Shown: piece by piece, positions 61,545 through 64,000 of the stretch
Layout: each line of letters begins with the position of its first letter
Position numbering within the stretch: position 1 is the stretch's first letter
Assembly (NCBI GenBank): GCA_963707945.1
Contig: CAVPRM010000002.1
Span: forward strand, 100,574 to 164,573
Origin: an uncultured delta proteobacterium
GTDB lineage: Bacteria > Myxococcota_A > UBA9160 > SZUA-336
Reading direction: 5' to 3'
Length of the DNA stretch: 64,000 nt
Notes under the pieces: generated by a model
Told to the model about the DNA's origin: nothing
Databases searched by the model: none
The model's input: only the letters and a program-made list of their open reading frames with translations
Made by a program: the position numbers and the translations under genes

Positions 61545-64000
61545 TTGAGACGACGAGGCTGGGGAGGCAGGCGCGGCGGCCGCAATGGCGGCGGGCGAGG
61601 CAACGGGGGCGGCCACGGTGACGGCGGTGGTCGTGGCGAAGGCGGCCGCAGTGAAGGGGGCGGCAGCGCGCGCCTGCTCGAGCGCTTGCGCGACCTGCGC
61701 GGCGGAACGCTGCACGAGGTCCGCGCGATCGAGTCGGTCGGCCACGTCCCCGACGGCGTCGCGCTCGGCGCCGCGCGCGGCGAGGGCAATCGGCCGGTCG
61801 CGATCGTCGCGAGTCGGCGCGAGGGGCTCGACCTGCTCGGCTGGGCGCGCATCGCCGCGCGGCGTGCGGGCGACCGCCCGCTTCACGAGGTCTACGTCGC
61901 CGCTCCCTTCTTCTCCACGCGCACGCGCGCAGCCGCCGAGCGCGCGGCAGAGCGCGGTCCCATCCTGCATCTGCTGACTCTGCCGAGCCTGGCCGAGTCG
62001 GAGACTTTCGCGATCGAGAGCTTCCCGCCGCGGCCGGCGCCGTCGCTGCTCGGCGGCAGCGCCTCGCTGCTGGCGCGAGTGCTGCGCGTGATTCAAGGCG
62101 GGGCGGCCGTCACGTCGGCCGGCGCCGTTCACCCGGCCGGCTCCGAGCATCAGGTGTTCGTGCGCGGCGAGCGGGTCGCGCGCGTGTTCAGCGAAGGCGA
62201 CGGCATCGTCGTCGCAATGTCGTCGCCCGACCACCGCAAGGTCCATGTGACGGAGGGGAACTTCCCGCGCTGGGGCGTCGAGCTGTACGAGTGGATCGTC
62301 GGCCTGGCGCAGGATCCGCGCTTGCTCGAGGGCGAGGCGGCGCGAGGCGAGATCGAGATCGAGCGAGCCGCGGAAGACGCGCACGCGGGCGTGACCGCGC
62401 GCTGGCTGCCGTGGAGTCGCGAGGCCGACGAGACGCTCGACTGGGTGGGCGTCGACATCGACGGCCGACCCGTGCTCGGCGTGATTCGCGAATCACTCGA
62501 CCTCGCCGACGTCCCGGGGCTGGTCGCGAGCTGGCACCTCCTGGACCTCGAGCGGGTCACCTGGACCCCCGGCGCGACGGGCGCACCGCGCCTGTTCATC
62601 ACCGCGCCGCGGATCGATCCGCTGGCGCGCGACATCCTCGAGGAGCTCGCCGGTCCCATCGGCGCGAGCTCGGGCGAGCCGCGCGAGAGCGCGGACGGCG
62701 ACTCCGACGGCGAGCGCTCGGAGTGGCGGCGCGACGACGACCGCGACCGCGAGCCCGCGCGCGCCGACGCGGTCGAGGGCGGCGAGGGCGGGGAGCGAAG
62801 CGGACGGCGGCGCCGGCGGCGGCGCCGCGGTCGCGGCGGAAGCCGCGACTTCGAGGGCTCGAGCCGGACGGCGGAAGGCGATGAGGGCGAGCCGCGCGAG
62901 TTCGCGGAGCGCGGCTACGCCGGTCCGCGCGACGAGTCGGGCGACCTCGTTGCCGAGGAGCGAAGCGCCGAGCCGGAGTTCGCCCGCGACGAAGCGTTCG
63001 CCGACGCGGATCCGGGCGACCGCGAGCCCGCGTTCGAGAGCGAGCCGGCCGACGAGTCGGCCGACGAGTCGGGCGACGAGTCGGGCGACGAGCCCGGCGG
63101 CGAGCCGAGCGAGGAGCGCGGCGACGACACCAATCAAGAGGGGCCGAATGGCCGGCGCCGCGGGCGCCGCGGCCGCCGCCGGCGCGGTCGCCGGGGCTCC
63201 GAGCGCGATCGCGATCGCCCGCAGCTCGCCTCGGCCGAGCCCGCGAGCGACTCGAACGGAGAGGGCGCCATCGAGACCGTGGACGAGCCCGGCTTCGAGG
63301 CGGGCCCTCGGGCCGAGGCACACGATGGATCGGAGTTGGCGCCCGAGCCGGCCGAGGAAGACCTGGTCACGCGCGAGATCGAGGCGACCCTGGTCGAGGG
63401 CGAGGAGGAGCGCGAGCGCAGCCCCGCCGCCGAGCCGGTCGAGCCGCCGCCGCGCGCGCGCCGCCAGCGCGCTGCGATCCTGGTGCGCAACGAGCCCGAG
63501 TCGATCCTCGCGGCGCTCGTCCTCGCGCGCGACCGCCGGACGATCGTGTCGTTCCGGGTCGCGCCCCAGGAGGCCCTGATGGACTTCTTCAAGGGCCCCG
63601 CGACCGACATCGCCGACAACGTCGACGTGCTGGTCGTCGGCTTCACGGCTCAGCCGCGCCCGAACGAGGTGCTCGCACACCGCCGAGCTCTTCCGGGGCC
63701 GGCTGCAGTGGTTCGATCATCACGACTGGGCGATCGAGGACGTCGAGCGCCTGCGCGCGGCGCTCGGCCGCGACTCGATCCTGATCGCCGAGAACGCCGC
63801 CAGCCCGCTCGCCGCCGTTACCCAGGTGACGGAGCGGCGCAGCCGCTTCACCGACAAGCTGGTCGACCTGTCGGCGCGGCGCCTGTCCGAGGTCGACATG
63901 CAGAAGTGGGGCTACCGGGTGATGTCCCTGATTACCCGGATTGCCGCGACGCCGGGCGAGCACCGTGCGGAGATCATCTCGATCCTGGCCGGCAAGCCGA
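61545..64000 (+). CDS. large hypothetical protein, 3' end outside window (absent from ORF track); RGG-rich N-terminus, two poly-Arg tracts, acidic xDES repeats, C-terminal region with a DHH-like motif; +1 indel at ~63678
   Basis: Stop-free frame from the dgt stop (61476-61478) to the window end. Candidate start TTG 61545 with SD GAGGGG 8 nt upstream. Well-formed protein text, e.g. LLERLRDLRGGTLHEVRAIESVGHVPDGVALG..., FPRWGVELYEWIVGLAQDPRLLEG..., RAAILVRNEPESILAALVLARDRRTIVSFRV... After ~63678 it continues one frame over: ELFRGRLQWFDHHDWAIEDVERLRAALGRDSILIAENAASPL... Confidence 0.7.
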   Translation, partial: MRRRGWGGRRGGRNGGGRGNGGGHGDGGGRGEGGRSEGGGSARLLERLRDLRGGTLHEVRAIESVGHVPDGVALGAARGEGNRPVAIVASRREGLDLLGWARIAARRAGDRPLHEVYVAAPFFSTRTRAAAERAAERGPILHLLTLPSLAESETFAIESFPPRPAPSLLGGSASLLARVLRVIQGGAAVTSAGAVHPAGSEHQVFVRGERVARVFSEGDGIVVAMSSPDHRKVHVTEGNFPRWGVELYEWIVGLAQDPRLLEGEAARGEIEIERAAEDAHAGVTARWLPWSREADETLDWVGVDIDGRPVLGVIRESLDLADVPGLVASWHLLDLERVTWTPGATGAPRLFITAPRIDPLARDILEELAGPIGASSGEPRESADGDSDGERSEWRRDDDRDREPARADAVEGGEGGERSGRRRRRRRRGRGGSRDFEGSSRTAEGDEGEPREFAERGYAGPRDESGDLVAEERSAEPEFARDEAFADADPGDREPAFESEPADESADESGDESGDEPGGEPSEERGDDTNQEGPNGRRRGRRGRRRRGRRGSERDRDRPQLASAEPASDSNGEGAIETVDEPGFEAGPRAEAHDGSELAPEPAEEDLVTREIEATLVEGEEERERSPAAEPVEPPPRARRQRAAILVRNEPESILAALVLARDRRTIVSFRVAPQEALMDFFKGPATDIADNVDVLVVGFTAQPRPNEVLAHRRALPGPAAVVRSSRLGDRGRRAPARGARPRLDPDRRERRQPARRRYPGDGAAQPLHRQAGRPVGAAPVRGRHAEVGLPGDVPDYPDCRDAGRAPCGDHLDPGRQA

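Noticed and set aside
61585-61977. ATG-initiated track ORF (MAAGEATGAATVTAVVVAKAAAVKGAAARACSS...) as an alternative N-terminus of the large last gene. It would need a -1 shift near 61670.
   Set aside because: Beyond ~61675 this frame degenerates into Ser/Arg/Cys-rich off-frame text. Its ATG has no SD within range (GGGAGG lies 17 nt away). TTG 61545 has GAGGGG at 8 nt and needs no extra frameshift. The first ~28 codons do have higher GC3 than the RGG frame, so the start remains uncertain.

Overview
Very GC-rich bacterial chromosomal window; third codon positions are almost always G or C. The envelope genes look Gram-negative (lipoprotein, PilT, SPOR, TlpA). I cannot assign a taxon from sequence alone. 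All analysis was done by eye. Indel positions are good to about +/-5 nt, and no database searches were run.

Gene content:
- 1-24.9 kb: the conserved transcription/translation superoperon. It holds the rpoB 3' end, rpoC, rpsL-rpsG-fusA-tuf, then the S10, spc and alpha ribosomal-protein operons through secY-adk-map-rpmJ-rpsM-rpsK-rpsD-rpoA-rplQ. Order is canonical except that rplC (L3) is missing between rpsJ and rplD. infA is also absent between map and rpmJ.
- 24.9-48.6 kb: housekeeping genes. These are a TlpA-like thioredoxin, ftsB-like, argS, a SPOR protein, rfbD, a UXS-like decarboxylase, lepA, lepB, pyrR-pyrB-pyrC-carA-carB (preceded by a PyrR-binding RNA motif), recG, lipA, an aminotransferase, hom, thrC, glpX and ribE.
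- 48.7-64 kb: a KH protein, a V4R/PAS histidine kinase and a TPR protein.
- Then a short lower-GC island with two tiny, highly basic ORFs absent from the ORF track (a bS22-like 31-aa protein and a 37-aa K/R-rich protein), followed by rpoZ.
- Then a minus-strand pilT plus a GAF kinase whose H-box histidine is replaced by tyrosine (DivL-like), and a divergent three-gene envelope cluster of unknown function.
- Then a class V aminotransferase, a HIT protein and a dGTPase-like gene.
- Finally a large unlisted ORF that runs off the window end, with RGG, poly-Arg and acidic-repeat low-complexity regions.

The dominant anomaly is about 35 single-base indels, nearly all +1 insertions, that break essential genes. 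They are clustered: dense at 10-36 kb and absent at 2-10 kb and 36-61 kb. This most likely reflects sequence or assembly error rather than biology.

I found no CRISPR array, rRNA, tRNA, transposase or obvious defence system. The window is mostly ordinary core genome.
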